From Candidatus Methanomethylicia archaeon (GTDB lineage Archaea > Thermoproteota > Methanomethylicia > CALHIW01), in assembly GCA_038845975.1 (NCBI GenBank), contig JAWBQF010000007.1:30351-94350 (forward strand): 64,000 bases of DNA, written 5' to 3'. Shown here in pieces: positions 11,183-21,372 of this stretch (position 1 is its first letter; each line of letters begins with the position of its first letter). A program made the position numbers and the translations under genes. A model generated the notes under the pieces. It was given only the letters and a program-made list of their open reading frames with translations, was not told the DNA's origin and did not search any database.

Positions 11183-11198
11183 GGGAAAAATTTATAAA
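11183..11198 (+). promoter_or_regulatory. BRE-TATA promoter of the Glu/Trp peptide gene
   Basis: GGGAAAAA-TTTATAAA; RBS GTGAGGTG at 11228-11235. Confidence 0.65.
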
Positions 11199-11242
11199 CC
11201 TCCTGAAAAGCTCCTCTTGGATAATTAGTGAGGTGTATAGTA

Positions 11243-11329
11243 TTGTTTGAGGAAGAATGGGAGGAGGAAGAACCAGAGGAATGGGAAGAAGAGGAATGGG
11301 AAGAAGAGGAATGGGAAGAAGAGTGGTAA
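11243..11329 (+). CDS. 28-aa Glu/Trp repeat peptide MFEEEWEEEEPEEWEEEEWEEEEWEEEW
   Basis: TTG start 7 nt after the RBS, own TATA box, 15-bp tandem unit GAGGAATGGGAAGAA; below the ORF-track cutoff. Confidence 0.7.
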   Translation: MFEEEWEEEEPEEWEEEEWEEEEWEEEW

Positions 11330-11413
11330 ATAAATAACAAATTTTTACATTTAGAGCTTCTAAACGCTACATACATAAGCTGTAGAGGAATACATTGCTA
11401 ACTACAAATTTTT

Positions 11414-12104
11414 GGCTTTGCTAACTTAAGCATGTTTTATCACATCTATTTTTGGTATTGTATTTTCTATGAATTCTTAGCTTTTATTTTCCTGTTAATC
11501 CATGTTTCGTTTAGCTATGCTATTGACTTCATAAGCATTAATGCATGCTCATTATCGCATTTATCCTTCATGCACGGTATATAGTTATCGAATACTCTAT
11601 CCTTAATGTATTGTATTATTCTCTCCATTAGATTCCTAACCTCTAAACTATATCATGTTTTTAATATTTTAGATGCTTATAGTATTGCTTCATTACTTAA
11701 TACAACTATATTTGAACCATAGATAGCTCTAACCTTTTAATGTTAGGGATGTAAGTATGTTTGCAACATCATAAACCCATATGTAGAGAATTCTCCTCAA
11801 TAATGGCTTAAACGCAACATAAATAACCTTCTCTTAGAATCTACACTAATAATAGTATCATCAACCATAAATTCTAACATCCCCCTATCAAACTCAAATA
11901 GCTTAAGATAAACCACGATAATATAGATACTTCTAGTAACGATAAAGCTTATAATATCTGAAGCCATTCTAGATGAATGGAAATATTGAGCAATAAACAA
12001 CTAGAGTAAATGGAGTCCCCTCCCTAACAAACTTAACAAATTTAACCATATTAACACCATAAATAGGGAGAGAACTCTCAAATAAATCTAAAGTTAACAA
12101 AGCC
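11414..12104 (-). mobile_element. degenerate IS6-family element, type A (TIR GGCTTTGTTAACTT)
   Basis: 14-bp TIRs at both ends; reverse-complement similar to the copies at 52981 and 58471; transposase frameshifted; no TSD. Confidence 0.85.
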
Positions 12105-12521
12105 GTATAGGGAGGAGGCATATACTTATGGCTTAATCATATTTTTCCCTTCCCAAATTGCGATATAGTTCGCTTAGTACCATCTATCATAATCAATACG
12201 ATTTAACATTCCCCTCATATTTGATTGGGGTTAAATATTAGTGTCTTAAAAGATTTCGCTATATGAATTAATGAGTACGTCATAACTATTATAGTAAATA
12301 CAGTCTTAGGCTAATTATTGATTTTAAAATCATTAATTACTCTTCTAAATATAACAGTCAACTAAATTAAGCATTATTATATACTGATAACTAATTCTAA
12401 ACTTAGTTAATAAGAGTTTTCATGGTTTCAATTCATGTTAAATGTTATCTGAAGTTAATATAGAAAAAATAGTATATCAATAGTATGGAATGAATTAAGT
12501 TATAAGCTAAAGTTTAAATAG

Positions 12522-12875
12522 TTGCTGATAAATACATTTAATATGTCTGAGGAAATTATGGTTGTTAATACTGATTATGTTCCTGGAGTGGAGGTTGAGA
12601 GGGTTTTAGGTATTGTATGGGGTTCTTCTGTTAAAGCAAAACATGTTGGTAAGGATATTAAAATGGCTTTTAAACACTTGATTGGTGGGGAGTTGACGGA
12701 TTATGCTGATATGCTTGAGGAGGCTAGAAAGATGGCTTTTAAAAGAATGATTGAGAAGGCTAAGGCCCTAGGTGCTGATGCCGTAGTAAATGTAAGATTT
12801 ACAACTTCAAATATAATGTCTGGAGCAGCCGAAATGGTTGCTTATGGTACTGCTGTAAAGCTTAAAAAGCAGTAG
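12522..12875 (+). CDS. YbjQ/UPF0145 heavy-metal-binding family protein
   Basis: LGIVWG, IGGEL..Y..MLEEAR, GADAVVNVRF, AYGTAVK; probable start 12543. Confidence 0.92.
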   Translation: MLINTFNMSEEIMVVNTDYVPGVEVERVLGIVWGSSVKAKHVGKDIKMAFKHLIGGELTDYADMLEEARKMAFKRMIEKAKALGADAVVNVRFTTSNIMSGAAEMVAYGTAVKLKKQ

Positions 12876-12879
12876 TCTC

Positions 12880-13035
12880 TGGTAGTTTCCTTAAAACAAT
12901 TTTCGTCCCCTCTGTAAGAATATATTTATTATTAAACCTATGCTAATGTATCCTTTATCTTCAAGTTTTTGAAGTCTTATTCTTAAACCTTCATCATCAA
13001 CATCCATTTTCTCTCTAGTACTCTCAAACTTACAT
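12880..13035 (-). pseudogene. possible winged-helix gene remnant
   Basis: Minus-strand fragment EGLRIRLQKLEDKGYI...KYILTEG, truncated next to an IS remnant. Confidence 0.3.
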
Positions 13036-13069
13036 ATTAAGTATTGGGGATAAATTACTCAAACCTTAA

Positions 13070-13269
13070 CAATGCTTAATATGTATTTCCATTCATCTAG
13101 GATGACTTCATATATTCTAACTTTGTTATTGATAGGAGTTATATTATCATGGTTTAGATCTTTAAGCTTGATTGTTATGATTATGGACTAATGAGAAAAT
13201 AAGCACCAAGAATTCATAGAAACACAATACCAAAATGGAGGTAATAAGACATGCTTAAGTTCATAAGTC
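13070..13269 (+). mobile_element. internally deleted type A IS6 remnant with right end
   Basis: AAGAATTCATAGAAACACAATACCAAAATGGAGGTAATAAGACATGCTTAAGTTCATAAGTC matches the right end of the full copies. Confidence 0.75.
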
Positions 13270-13287
13270 TTTCATATGTTAAATAGA

Positions 13288-13295
13288 TTTATATA
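13288..13295 (+). promoter_or_regulatory. TATA box of the alpha/beta hydrolase gene
   Basis: TTTATATA ending 29 nt before the start codon; 18 bp after the IS right end. Confidence 0.65.
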
Positions 13296-13324
13296 TTTCA
13301 GTTTTCTCACTAAATGGTGATACT

Positions 13325-14017
13325 TTGGGTTTATATCCAATAGTGTTTATTCATGGTGCAGGAGGTAATCATAAGGTTTGGGCTTATCAAGTTAAATATT
13401 TTAAGAATTCTATTGCTATTGATTTACCTGGTCATGATGGTGGTGAGGGTAAGCGAAGTATTGAGGAGTATGTGGAGTATGTAAGGGATTTTCTTGATAG
13501 GAATAGCTTGAGAAATGTTGTTTTGGTAGGGCATTCAATGGGTGGTGCTATAGTTCAAATGTTTGCATTGAAGTATTCAAACTATTTAAAAGCAATAGTT
13601 CTAGTATGTACTGGAGCTAGACTTAGAGTTTTACCTAAAATATTTAAGTTGATACATGAGGATTATTCTAAAGCTGTTGATTTTATTGTCAGTATGGCTG
13701 TATCGAGTAATGCAAGTCAGACTATTAGAAACCGAGTTAAAGAGGAACTGCTAAAGACTAGTCCTGAAGTGATTTATGGGGATTTTGAAGCATGTGATAA
13801 ATTCGATTTAATGAACCAAATTAGTAGTATAAGTGTGAAGACATTAATTATATGTGGCTCCGATGACCTATTAACCCCTGTAAAATATTCGAAATATCTT
13901 AATGAGAAGATATCTGGCTCTACATTAAGAGTAGTTGAAGGCTCAGGACATATGGTAATGATAGAGAAACCTGAGGAATTCAATAATATACTATATGAGT
14001 TTATCCATTCACTTTAA
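13325..14017 (+). CDS. alpha/beta fold hydrolase
   Basis: FIHGAGG, DLPGH, GHSMGG nucleophile elbow, catalytic Asp (SDDL) and His (GHM). Confidence 0.93.
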   Translation: MGLYPIVFIHGAGGNHKVWAYQVKYFKNSIAIDLPGHDGGEGKRSIEEYVEYVRDFLDRNSLRNVVLVGHSMGGAIVQMFALKYSNYLKAIVLVCTGARLRVLPKIFKLIHEDYSKAVDFIVSMAVSSNASQTIRNRVKEELLKTSPEVIYGDFEACDKFDLMNQISSISVKTLIICGSDDLLTPVKYSKYLNEKISGSTLRVVEGSGHMVMIEKPEEFNNILYEFIHSL

Positions 14018-14100
14018 ACAGAATATCTGTAAGAAACTTATATTTTACTTTTATTAGTTAACATCATAAAGCTTAACCGTAAATTCCTAAAGGTTTAGGT

Positions 14101-14727
14101 ATGAAGGGTATCGGTATCATACCTGTTAAACATTTAAACTATGCTAAGAGTAGGCTTTCTAATATTCTAGATACTAATAATAGAATTAAGCTTTGCCTAC
14201 TTATGCTTACAGATGTTCTTAATGCTCTAACATCATCCAAGCTTTCAAGTATAATTGTTATTTCACCTGATAGTAGAGTTTTAGGTCTTGCTAGGTCTTT
14301 TGGTGTTGATACTGTTAGTGTTGATTTAGGATTAAACGAATCCATAAACTACGTTAAAAACATCACTAACAATTTCGATTTAAGTATCGTTACTCCATTA
14401 GATATTCCATTAATTGAACCTATGGACATCAATAGAATTATTGATTTAAGCCTAAACTATAATGTTATTATATCCCCTTCACGTGATATGTGTGGTACAA
14501 ACATTTTATGCCGTAAGCCACCAAACAACATGGAAACATTCTTCGGTGATTTAAGCTTTAAGAAACATATTGATGAAGCAACTAGGAGAGGATTAAAAAT
14601 TAAGATTTATAGTTCTCTTAGAGTATCTATTGATATAGATTCAAGTAGAGATCTTGATTTTGCCTTAAAATATTGTCGTGAACATAATGTAAATAAACGA
14701 TTTATAAGCATGTTTAATTCTAAGTAA
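14101..14727 (+). CDS. cofC: 2-phospho-L-lactate/PEP guanylyltransferase CofC
   Basis: IIPVK...AKSRLS, MLTDVL, GLN, DIPLI, GTN, FG..SF..H, DID. Confidence 0.88.
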   Translation: MKGIGIIPVKHLNYAKSRLSNILDTNNRIKLCLLMLTDVLNALTSSKLSSIIVISPDSRVLGLARSFGVDTVSVDLGLNESINYVKNITNNFDLSIVTPLDIPLIEPMDINRIIDLSLNYNVIISPSRDMCGTNILCRKPPNNMETFFGDLSFKKHIDEATRRGLKIKIYSSLRVSIDIDSSRDLDFALKYCREHNVNKRFISMFNSK

Positions 14728-14765
14728 TATATATTAACATTAGCCAATAGAATTCATTACCGATG

Positions 14766-16121
14766 CTAAGTTGTTAGTAGAAACATAACTGTTAATATTA
14801 ATGCTACTATTATTATTGTTCTCTGTATTATTCTTATCTTAAGCCCCCTCATTGAAGCTAGCTTCTCAACTGTTAAAATTCCTAAACATGCTAATATTGT
14901 TAGTATTATATATGGAGTTACTGTTCCTATGTTTAATGCTACTATGTTTATTAGTGACTCTACGGGTTGATATGGTAGCTTAGCTATATAGTATGTTGTT
15001 ACTGGTGCTATACATGGCATTTTAACTAGGGAGAATATAAGCCCAAGAATGAAGTATAAATATAAGCTTCTAGATGAAACCACCCTATTCGCTAATCTTA
15101 GTAGGAGTTTAGGTGTTCTAAATAGTGGAAGTACTCCTCTACTAGCATCCATAGCTATACCTATTTTTTCCACTTTTATTTCTAGAATTATTTCAATCAA
15201 ATAGTAAGCTATTAATACTAGGAGTACTATTATTAGAGCTGTTGTTGCATGCTGAATGTTTTGAATTATTATTGGTGATGAAAACACTATGAAACTAAAT
15301 ATAAGATACGAGTAGAGCACTCCTAACGCTACTGCTATAAGCTTCATAAACCTTCCACTTCCGCTTATAGTTGCAATGATAAATGTCATTATGGCTATTA
15401 TACATGGATTAAATCCCTGAATAGCTCCAACTATGAAGGCTACTATTGGGCTTTCAATAGGTTGTGTTTGAGGTTTTTGGCTTAGCTCCGGTATTTCTGG
15501 AATGATTATCCTAAGATCCCTGCTTGATACGTTTCTCAACTCAAACATTTTCTCTATTGCCTTAATGATTGCTTCATCATTTAAATCCCATGAAAGCTTT
15601 AATGCTAAATCACCATATAAAGCTATAATTTCTATAGTATTCAATTTCGGTTTTGAGCTGTTTACCTCTCTATATATCTTATCAGCTATTGAGGAGTTTT
15701 TAGCTATATTTATGAATTCCTTCTCTATATCTATAATCTCTGAAATCCAGTTTTTAACTCTAGAGTTGAACTGTTGCTTATAGTCTTCCTCGCATGATGG
15801 GCAATTTGTGTTTAAAAAGACGTATACATGTACCACTGTATTGTTAAATATTGGCTTTATCCTATATGGTATACTTCCTGTTAAACTATATATTTCAGCT
15901 TCAATTCCCATTTCTAAAGTTAACAATTCAGCTTTCTCTCTTAGCTCCTTAAGCTTATTCATTAAAACGTTTAAGTCGCTTATCTGTTTCTCTAATTTCT
16001 CCCTCTCTGCCTGTAATGCTGTTATCTGTGCATTTATGTAAAAATGTGTAAGTATCAATATTAATACTAATGTAAATGTTAACATCTTAACTATGCTGTA
16101 AGCATAAAGTACTTTAGACAA
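14766..16121 (-). CDS. membrane redox protein: TM + coiled coil + CxxC thioredoxin-like domain + CcdA/DsbD-like TM domain
   Basis: CPSC motif; GFNPC and KMPC Cys motifs in TM helices; probable start 16085. Confidence 0.7.
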   Translation of the reverse strand: MSKVLYAYSIVKMLTFTLVLILILTHFYINAQITALQAEREKLEKQISDLNVLMNKLKELREKAELLTLEMGIEAEIYSLTGSIPYRIKPIFNNTVVHVYVFLNTNCPSCEEDYKQQFNSRVKNWISEIIDIEKEFINIAKNSSIADKIYREVNSSKPKLNTIEIIALYGDLALKLSWDLNDEAIIKAIEKMFELRNVSSRDLRIIIPEIPELSQKPQTQPIESPIVAFIVGAIQGFNPCIIAIMTFIIATISGSGRFMKLIAVALGVLYSYLIFSFIVFSSPIIIQNIQHATTALIIVLLVLIAYYLIEIILEIKVEKIGIAMDASRGVLPLFRTPKLLLRLANRVVSSRSLYLYFILGLIFSLVKMPCIAPVTTYYIAKLPYQPVESLINIVALNIGTVTPYIILTILACLGILTVEKLASMRGLKIRIIQRTIIIVALILTVMFLLTT

Positions 16122-16672
16122 TTAGTATACACCTCTAAATCTGATAATATGGTGTTAAGATCAAGTATTAACATTTCATTTCTATTAAGGAAAACTACAT
16201 ATTCATATTGCATGTGGGGTCTAGTCTGATATGCTTTACTGAATATTTCTTTAAGTATATTAAAGTTTGATGGAGAATATATTTGTAAGTATGCTATACT
16301 AACATTTTCTAGAAATACTCCTTTAAAATATTTTTCCAATGATGTTTTATTATGTTCTGGATATAAAACATCATTATAAAACACCAGTACAGTTACTGTA
16401 CTAACATTATTTCCAATGCTTAAAGGTTTAATACCTCTGTTAAGTAGCCATAGTTTAATATTGTATACTTCTCTCATTTTAATATGTTTTTCATTAGCTT
16501 CATTAATTTCCTCCCTTAAGTTATTAGCTTTACTAATTAGAATTGAAAGACTTGATTTAATACTGCTAAATCTCTCCACTTCATCCTCAAGCATTCTAAT
16601 ATCTTGAACTATTGCATATATCAGTATAATTGTAGCTATTAGAGTAGCGGCTAGAAACAATTTATTAATCAC
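16091..16672 (-). CDS. membrane-anchored coiled-coil protein resembling the N-terminal half of the downstream gene
   Basis: N-terminal TM, heptad region, IKP...NN...V.V.VF segment shared with its neighbour. Confidence 0.6.
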   Translation of the reverse strand: MINKLFLAATLIATIILIYAIVQDIRMLEDEVERFSSIKSSLSILISKANNLREEINEANEKHIKMREVYNIKLWLLNRGIKPLSIGNNVSTVTVLVFYNDVLYPEHNKTSLEKYFKGVFLENVSIAYLQIYSPSNFNILKEIFSKAYQTRPHMQYEYVVFLNRNEMLILDLNTILSDLEVYTNCLKYFMLTA

Positions 16673-16776
16673 AAGCTAAGTTTAACCCCTACTTTATAAA
16701 ACTAACGTTACGAAACTTAACCACATGAATTACATGAAGATTAATAATACTGTTTCCATGAAGTAAAATATTATGT

Positions 16777-17643
16777 CTAAATACTTACATATTTACTTTT
16801 TAGTAGTATAGCATCCCCCTCAATATTTGGTGATTCGCTTATAATTACTCCCTTAATATTGAAGTCTTTTAGGGCTCTTGCTAGATCATAGTAGTTATAG
16901 TCAGCCTCCTCAAGATTAACATGTTTTACTTCTCCTCTCTCACCATATATTATTCCTGAGAAATGCATATGCATATTGTTTAAAGCCTCTCTACCAAGCT
17001 TTTCTTCAATCTGTTCAAATATTGAAGCTATTTCACCATATTTATTGTATCCACCAATACTTCTAGCATGTAAATGGGCGAAATCTACACATGGAAGAAC
17101 CCCCTCAAAATTCTGGCTTAATGCTAGGACTTCTTCAAGAGAGCCGAATTCTGCAAGTCCTCCTGAGGTTTCCGGTCTTATCCAAATTTTAATTCCCTCA
17201 TCTCTTAATGTCTTTACAATCTCTTTTAGTGCATTATTAACTCTATCGTAAACTATTTTCAACTCGTCTTCACCATAATATGCTGCATGGAAGACAATAG
17301 ACCATCCTCCAGCAGTATGAGTAATCCTAGCAGTATCAAGAATTCTCCTAATACTAGCCTTAACCTTATCTTTATCTGGAGAGTTTAGATTAATATAGTA
17401 GGGAGCGTGTGCTGTTAAAACTACATTCTCCTTTACACTTACCTCTTTCACCTCTAAGGCTGTTTCTCTACTCATCTTTATACCTCTAACAAACTCCATC
17501 TCCATAGCATCTAAACCTAAAATCCTAACCTGCTTAATCCCGTTAATACTTGATGGTTTAGGAGTACTTATAGGTACTCCAGCTGTACCAAATAGTAAAC
17601 TATTAATATTCACCTTATCCACCGACAATATTAATCCGCACAA
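16777..17643 (-). CDS. nfo: endonuclease IV (AP endonuclease family 2)
   Basis: FGTAG, HAPYYINLNS, RPET.G, DFAHLHAR, HMHFSGI, ISESP; probable start ~17610. Confidence 0.92.
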   Translation of the reverse strand: MCGLILSVDKVNINSLLFGTAGVPISTPKPSSINGIKQVRILGLDAMEMEFVRGIKMSRETALEVKEVSVKENVVLTAHAPYYINLNSPDKDKVKASIRRILDTARITHTAGGWSIVFHAAYYGEDELKIVYDRVNNALKEIVKTLRDEGIKIWIRPETSGGLAEFGSLEEVLALSQNFEGVLPCVDFAHLHARSIGGYNKYGEIASIFEQIEEKLGREALNNMHMHFSGIIYGERGEVKHVNLEEADYNYYDLARALKDFNIKGVIISESPNIEGDAILLKSKYVSI

Positions 17644-18110
17644 AAATTAAAGCTTACTACTTAACAGCTTATTCTTAACATCTATAGTGAAGATATTTTG
17701 ACGTATTCCCCACTTATAAAACATGTCTAATTCACTTGTTAATCTTATATACTCTTGCCCGCTAGTACCCATAATTATAGTCCAGAGATTGGTGTGATGC
17801 TAGATCAAGCTTGAATATACATTTAACCTAGCTATAGTTAATAAATAGTAGCTTAGGTATGGATCTACGCAAGACTTCTAGTAAATTCTTCAAGCTGCTT
17901 AAATCTATGAAATATTAAGCATAATATTACTAAGAGGCTAATGTATATCTCTATAGCCTTAAAAGCCTACTAATTCTATCATTCATATACTTAAACCCAT
18001 CATTGTATCTATCAGCAAATCTAAGACTTAAATTAAACCCATCACATCCAATAAGTTTCCTATCAATAACTCTCTAATCCATAGATAAAGTAAAAGTTAA
18101 TCCATAAGTA

Positions 18111-18401
18111 TTAAATTTCTATTTGAGACTCATCATTAACATTTAGAAACACAACTCTTCCCTTAATATGTGTTGCTAGTACTGGTAGTCCACCAGCTTT
18201 TAAAGCTACATCGATTAAATTCTTTGCAATAGTATTTCTTCTCCATTTACATTGTATAAGCAGTATTTTACCATTCTTTACAGCTAGTAAATCAAAGGGA
18301 CCCTTACTCCCAGCACTTCTTGTAACAATCCATCCCTTAGCTTCAAGCTTATCTTTAATATAATGCTCAAAACGTCTACCCTTAACGTATGATCTACTCA
18401 T
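18111..18401 (-). CDS. hjc: Hjc-like Holliday junction resolvase / PD-(D/E)XK nuclease
   Basis: KGRRFE, RSAGS, FDLLA, IQCK. Confidence 0.8.
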   Translation of the reverse strand: MSRSYVKGRRFEHYIKDKLEAKGWIVTRSAGSKGPFDLLAVKNGKILLIQCKWRRNTIAKNLIDVALKAGGLPVLATHIKGRVVFLNVNDESQIEI

Positions 18402-18632
18402 ACTAATATAACTATTTAAACCTATATATTAACTCATCTATTATATAAATGTAAATTTATGAGGTAAGCTTATAGTTATCTAGTAAAGAGTAAATGTTCT
18501 AGTAGTATGTACATTATAATAGAGTAGAATACAGGATAAATCAGATATTTCATTTGAATATTGTGAATTAACTATAAATTTTAAGATTTTAGCTGATAGT
18601 AAAGTTTTTAGCTTTTGATATTTTGATATGCT

Positions 18633-19514
18633 ATGGGTTTTACTGGGATTTTAACAAGGAATCCTATGGGCTGGTGTAGTATTCAGCTTCAGGAAGCTCT
18701 TTCAAGAAGAGGTGTTAAATTTGTTTGTTTCCGTTTTCAGGATATTGTTGCTCATGTGGGGTTTAAGCCTATAGTTCTTATTAAGGGTATTGATGTCTTA
18801 AGAGATGTTGATGCTATTATTATTAGACCTATTGGCCGTGGGAGTCTTGATGAATGTATTTTTAGAATGGATGTTTTACATAGGCTTTCACGTTTTGGTG
18901 TTTATATTGTTAATCATCCTTCAGCTATTGAGAAATGTGTTGATAAATACCATGCATTAGCAATATTGGAGGAGAATAGTTTACCTGTACCTAAAACTGT
19001 TGTTACTGAAAACATAAGTGAAGCATTGAGAGCGTTTAGAGAGCTTGGCTGTGATGTGGTTATTAAGCCTGTTTTCGGGTCTAGAGGTCATGGAGTTACA
19101 AGGATAATTGACCCTGATATTGCAAGAACGGTTTTTCATTCATTAAGCTTTACACATAATGTTTTATATGTTCAGGAGTTTATACCTCACGGTACTAGGG
19201 ATATTAGAGCCTTTGTTGTTGGGGATGAAGTTATTGCTGCTATGTATAGGGAGTCATCCTCATGGAAGACAAATGTTGCTATGGGCGGTAGACCTAGACC
19301 GTTAAAGCCTGAAGGCGAATTTGCTGAGTTAGCTGTTAAAGCCGCTAAAACACTTGGATGTGAAGTTGCTGGTGTTGATATTATGGAGAGCTCTAATGGT
19401 TTTGTCGTGAATGAAGTTAATAGTCAGCCTGGATGGATGGGTCTCCAAACGGTTACACATATAAATATTGCTGATAGAATTGTTGATTATGTTTTATTAA
19501 GAGCTAGGAGGTAG
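18633..19514 (+). CDS. RimK-family ATP-grasp glutamate ligase (MptN/CofF-like)
   Basis: KP.FGSRG.G, YVQEFI, DIRAFVVG, WKTNVA.G, GVDI, EVNSQPGW; adjacent to citG. Confidence 0.88.
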   Translation: MGFTGILTRNPMGWCSIQLQEALSRRGVKFVCFRFQDIVAHVGFKPIVLIKGIDVLRDVDAIIIRPIGRGSLDECIFRMDVLHRLSRFGVYIVNHPSAIEKCVDKYHALAILEENSLPVPKTVVTENISEALRAFRELGCDVVIKPVFGSRGHGVTRIIDPDIARTVFHSLSFTHNVLYVQEFIPHGTRDIRAFVVGDEVIAAMYRESSSWKTNVAMGGRPRPLKPEGEFAELAVKAAKTLGCEVAGVDIMESSNGFVVNEVNSQPGWMGLQTVTHINIADRIVDYVLLRARR

Positions 19515-19520
19515 GATTTA

Positions 19521-20453
19521 ATGGGTCTTATTGATTTTATTGTAAGGTGTGCTCAGCTTGCATTGTTATTAGAGGTTTCTGGATATCCTAAGCCTGGTAA
19601 TGTTCATAGAATATCTGATTTTAAAGATACTAGATATGAGCATTTCCTAGCTTCAGCAGTAGCTATTGAGCCCTGTTTAAGACGTGCAGCTTATAGAGGA
19701 TTAAAAGCTTCACGTAATTTAATTGGTTTAGATGATCTTCGCTTAGGTTATCTTATAAAGTATGGTGTTAAAGAAGTTTCTAAATGGCAAAGTGGAGGTA
19801 ATACTTGTTTAGGTATATTGACGTTAATAATTCCATTGACATGTGCAGCAGTTATATCGTTTAGAGAGGGTTTAGCTAATTTTAGAAGCTATGTTGAAAA
19901 GATTGTTAAATCAACAACTCCTAGGGACTCTATTGACTTTTATGATGCTATATCTATTGCAAATCCTGGTGGTCTAGGTAGTTCTCCTAGGCTTGATGTT
20001 AAAGATTTAAAATCAAGAGATCAAATTGTTAGGGAGAATATAGGATTGTTTGAGGTGTTCAAAATATCTGCAAGCTACGACCTAATATCTCGCGAGTGGG
20101 TTACTGTCTTTGAGATAAGTTTTGAAGTTGGCTCACCCTACTTTACCAAACTTATGAATGAGCTTGGAGATGTCAATGTAGCTACAGTACATACATTTCT
20201 AAAAATACTCTCCACATATCCAGATACATTAATAGCCCGTAAAGCCGGTTTAGATAGAGCTCGTGAAGTATCGGATAGAGCTCGTGAAGTTCTTAATGCT
20301 GGTGGTCTACTAACTGAGGATGGTAAGAGAATGATATGGAGCTTTGACAGAGAGCTTAGAAATGAGGGGAATAAGCTAAATCCTGGAAGTACTGCAGATC
20401 TTGTTGCATCAAGCATTATGATATCGCTTCTAATAGGTAAAATTAAGCTGTGA
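19521..20453 (+). CDS. citG: CitG-family triphosphoribosyl-dephospho-CoA synthase (archaeal type)
   Basis: LEVS..PKPGNVHR, NT.LG, DTLIARK, NPGSTADL. Confidence 0.9.
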   Translation: MGLIDFIVRCAQLALLLEVSGYPKPGNVHRISDFKDTRYEHFLASAVAIEPCLRRAAYRGLKASRNLIGLDDLRLGYLIKYGVKEVSKWQSGGNTCLGILTLIIPLTCAAVISFREGLANFRSYVEKIVKSTTPRDSIDFYDAISIANPGGLGSSPRLDVKDLKSRDQIVRENIGLFEVFKISASYDLISREWVTVFEISFEVGSPYFTKLMNELGDVNVATVHTFLKILSTYPDTLIARKAGLDRAREVSDRAREVLNAGGLLTEDGKRMIWSFDRELRNEGNKLNPGSTADLVASSIMISLLIGKIKL

Positions 20454-20454
20454 G

Positions 20455-21216
20455 GTGTGGTTTTTGCTAAGTAAAGTTAGGATTTTAAGGTTTGTTGATG
20501 GTGAGGGATATAGTGAACTTGAAGATCTTGTTGCTGTAGAATCTATATTAAATATCCATATCAATAATAAGCCCTATATTACTTTGTTTTTAACGCCGGT
20601 AATGATTGAGGAGTTGGTTATTGGTAATTTGTATACTTCAGGTATTGTTAAGTCAATCAGCGACATCAACTCCATTAAGATTAGCGGTGAATCTGTATAT
20701 GTAGATGTTAGGGGTAATGTGGAAACTAGATATAAGGGTGTTAAGCCCTCTTCATGTATGGATGATGTTTTAAATTTAACTATTGAATATAAGGTATGCA
20801 GCTTCAATTTTAGGGTTAAGCCTAAAAACATACTTGAAGCTTCTAGACTAATGCATAGTAAAGCTGTAATATTTAAGCAGACAGGATGTACACATTGTGC
20901 CGCCATTTTTAATGAAAACTTAGAAATACTTGCATTAGCGGAGGATATTGGGAGACATAATGCTATAGATAAAGTAATAGGATACATGATTAAAAATCTA
21001 CTACCAACAGAGAAAAGCATACTTACAGTTTCAGGTAGATTAACATATGAAGTTGTTCTTAAAGCTGCTATAGCTAAAATACCAATAGTAGCATCCATAT
21101 CAGCTCCATCAAAGGCTGGGATTAATCTTGCTAGCAAGATAGGTATAACACTAGTAGGCTTTACTCGCGGACGTAGATTTAACATATATACATATCCTGA
21201 GAGAATAATACAGTAA
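20455..21216 (+). CDS. fdhD: formate dehydrogenase accessory sulfurtransferase FdhD
   Basis: F.QTG.THCAA, EDIGRHNAIDK.IG, SGRL, SAPS, LVGF.RG. Confidence 0.93.
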   Translation: MWFLLSKVRILRFVDGEGYSELEDLVAVESILNIHINNKPYITLFLTPVMIEELVIGNLYTSGIVKSISDINSIKISGESVYVDVRGNVETRYKGVKPSSCMDDVLNLTIEYKVCSFNFRVKPKNILEASRLMHSKAVIFKQTGCTHCAAIFNENLEILALAEDIGRHNAIDKVIGYMIKNLLPTEKSILTVSGRLTYEVVLKAAIAKIPIVASISAPSKAGINLASKIGITLVGFTRGRRFNIYTYPERIIQ

Positions 21217-21313
21217 CAGCGTGATTCATAGTGACTTAAGCTAATTAGAAAGCCATTGAAGTCTATATTAAGATTTACGTAGAGTTTAAATTCTACGGTT
21301 TCTCTATTATTTA

Positions 21314-21366
21314 GCGATGATTTGAAGTCCAGCGGATGACGTGATGATATAATAAACCATCTGAGC
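21314..21366 (+). ncRNA. candidate C/D-box methylation guide sRNA
   Basis: C box GCGATGA, 15-nt guide, D' ATGA, C' GTGATGA, 13-nt guide, D CTGA; TTTAAATT at 21285, about 29 nt upstream. Confidence 0.7.
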
Positions 21367-21372
21367 CTTAAG

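Noticed and set aside
11272-11326. CRISPR-like array
   Set aside because: Contiguous 15-bp coding tandem repeat with no spacers; no array or cas gene seen anywhere in the window
11146-11376. Ser/His-rich 76-aa minus-strand ORF
   Set aside because: Antisense shadow of the Glu/Trp peptide, which has the promoter and RBS
17650-18110. Possible decayed gene or IS remnant
   Set aside because: No translatable motif or TIR that I could assign
20263-20290. GATAGAGCTCGTGAAGT direct repeat in citG
   Set aside because: In-frame heptad duplication (DRAREV twice) within a helix
21315-21340. tRNA-Sec gene on the minus strand (CTGGACTTCAAATC)
   Set aside because: The anticodon stem does not close and there are no T or acceptor arms
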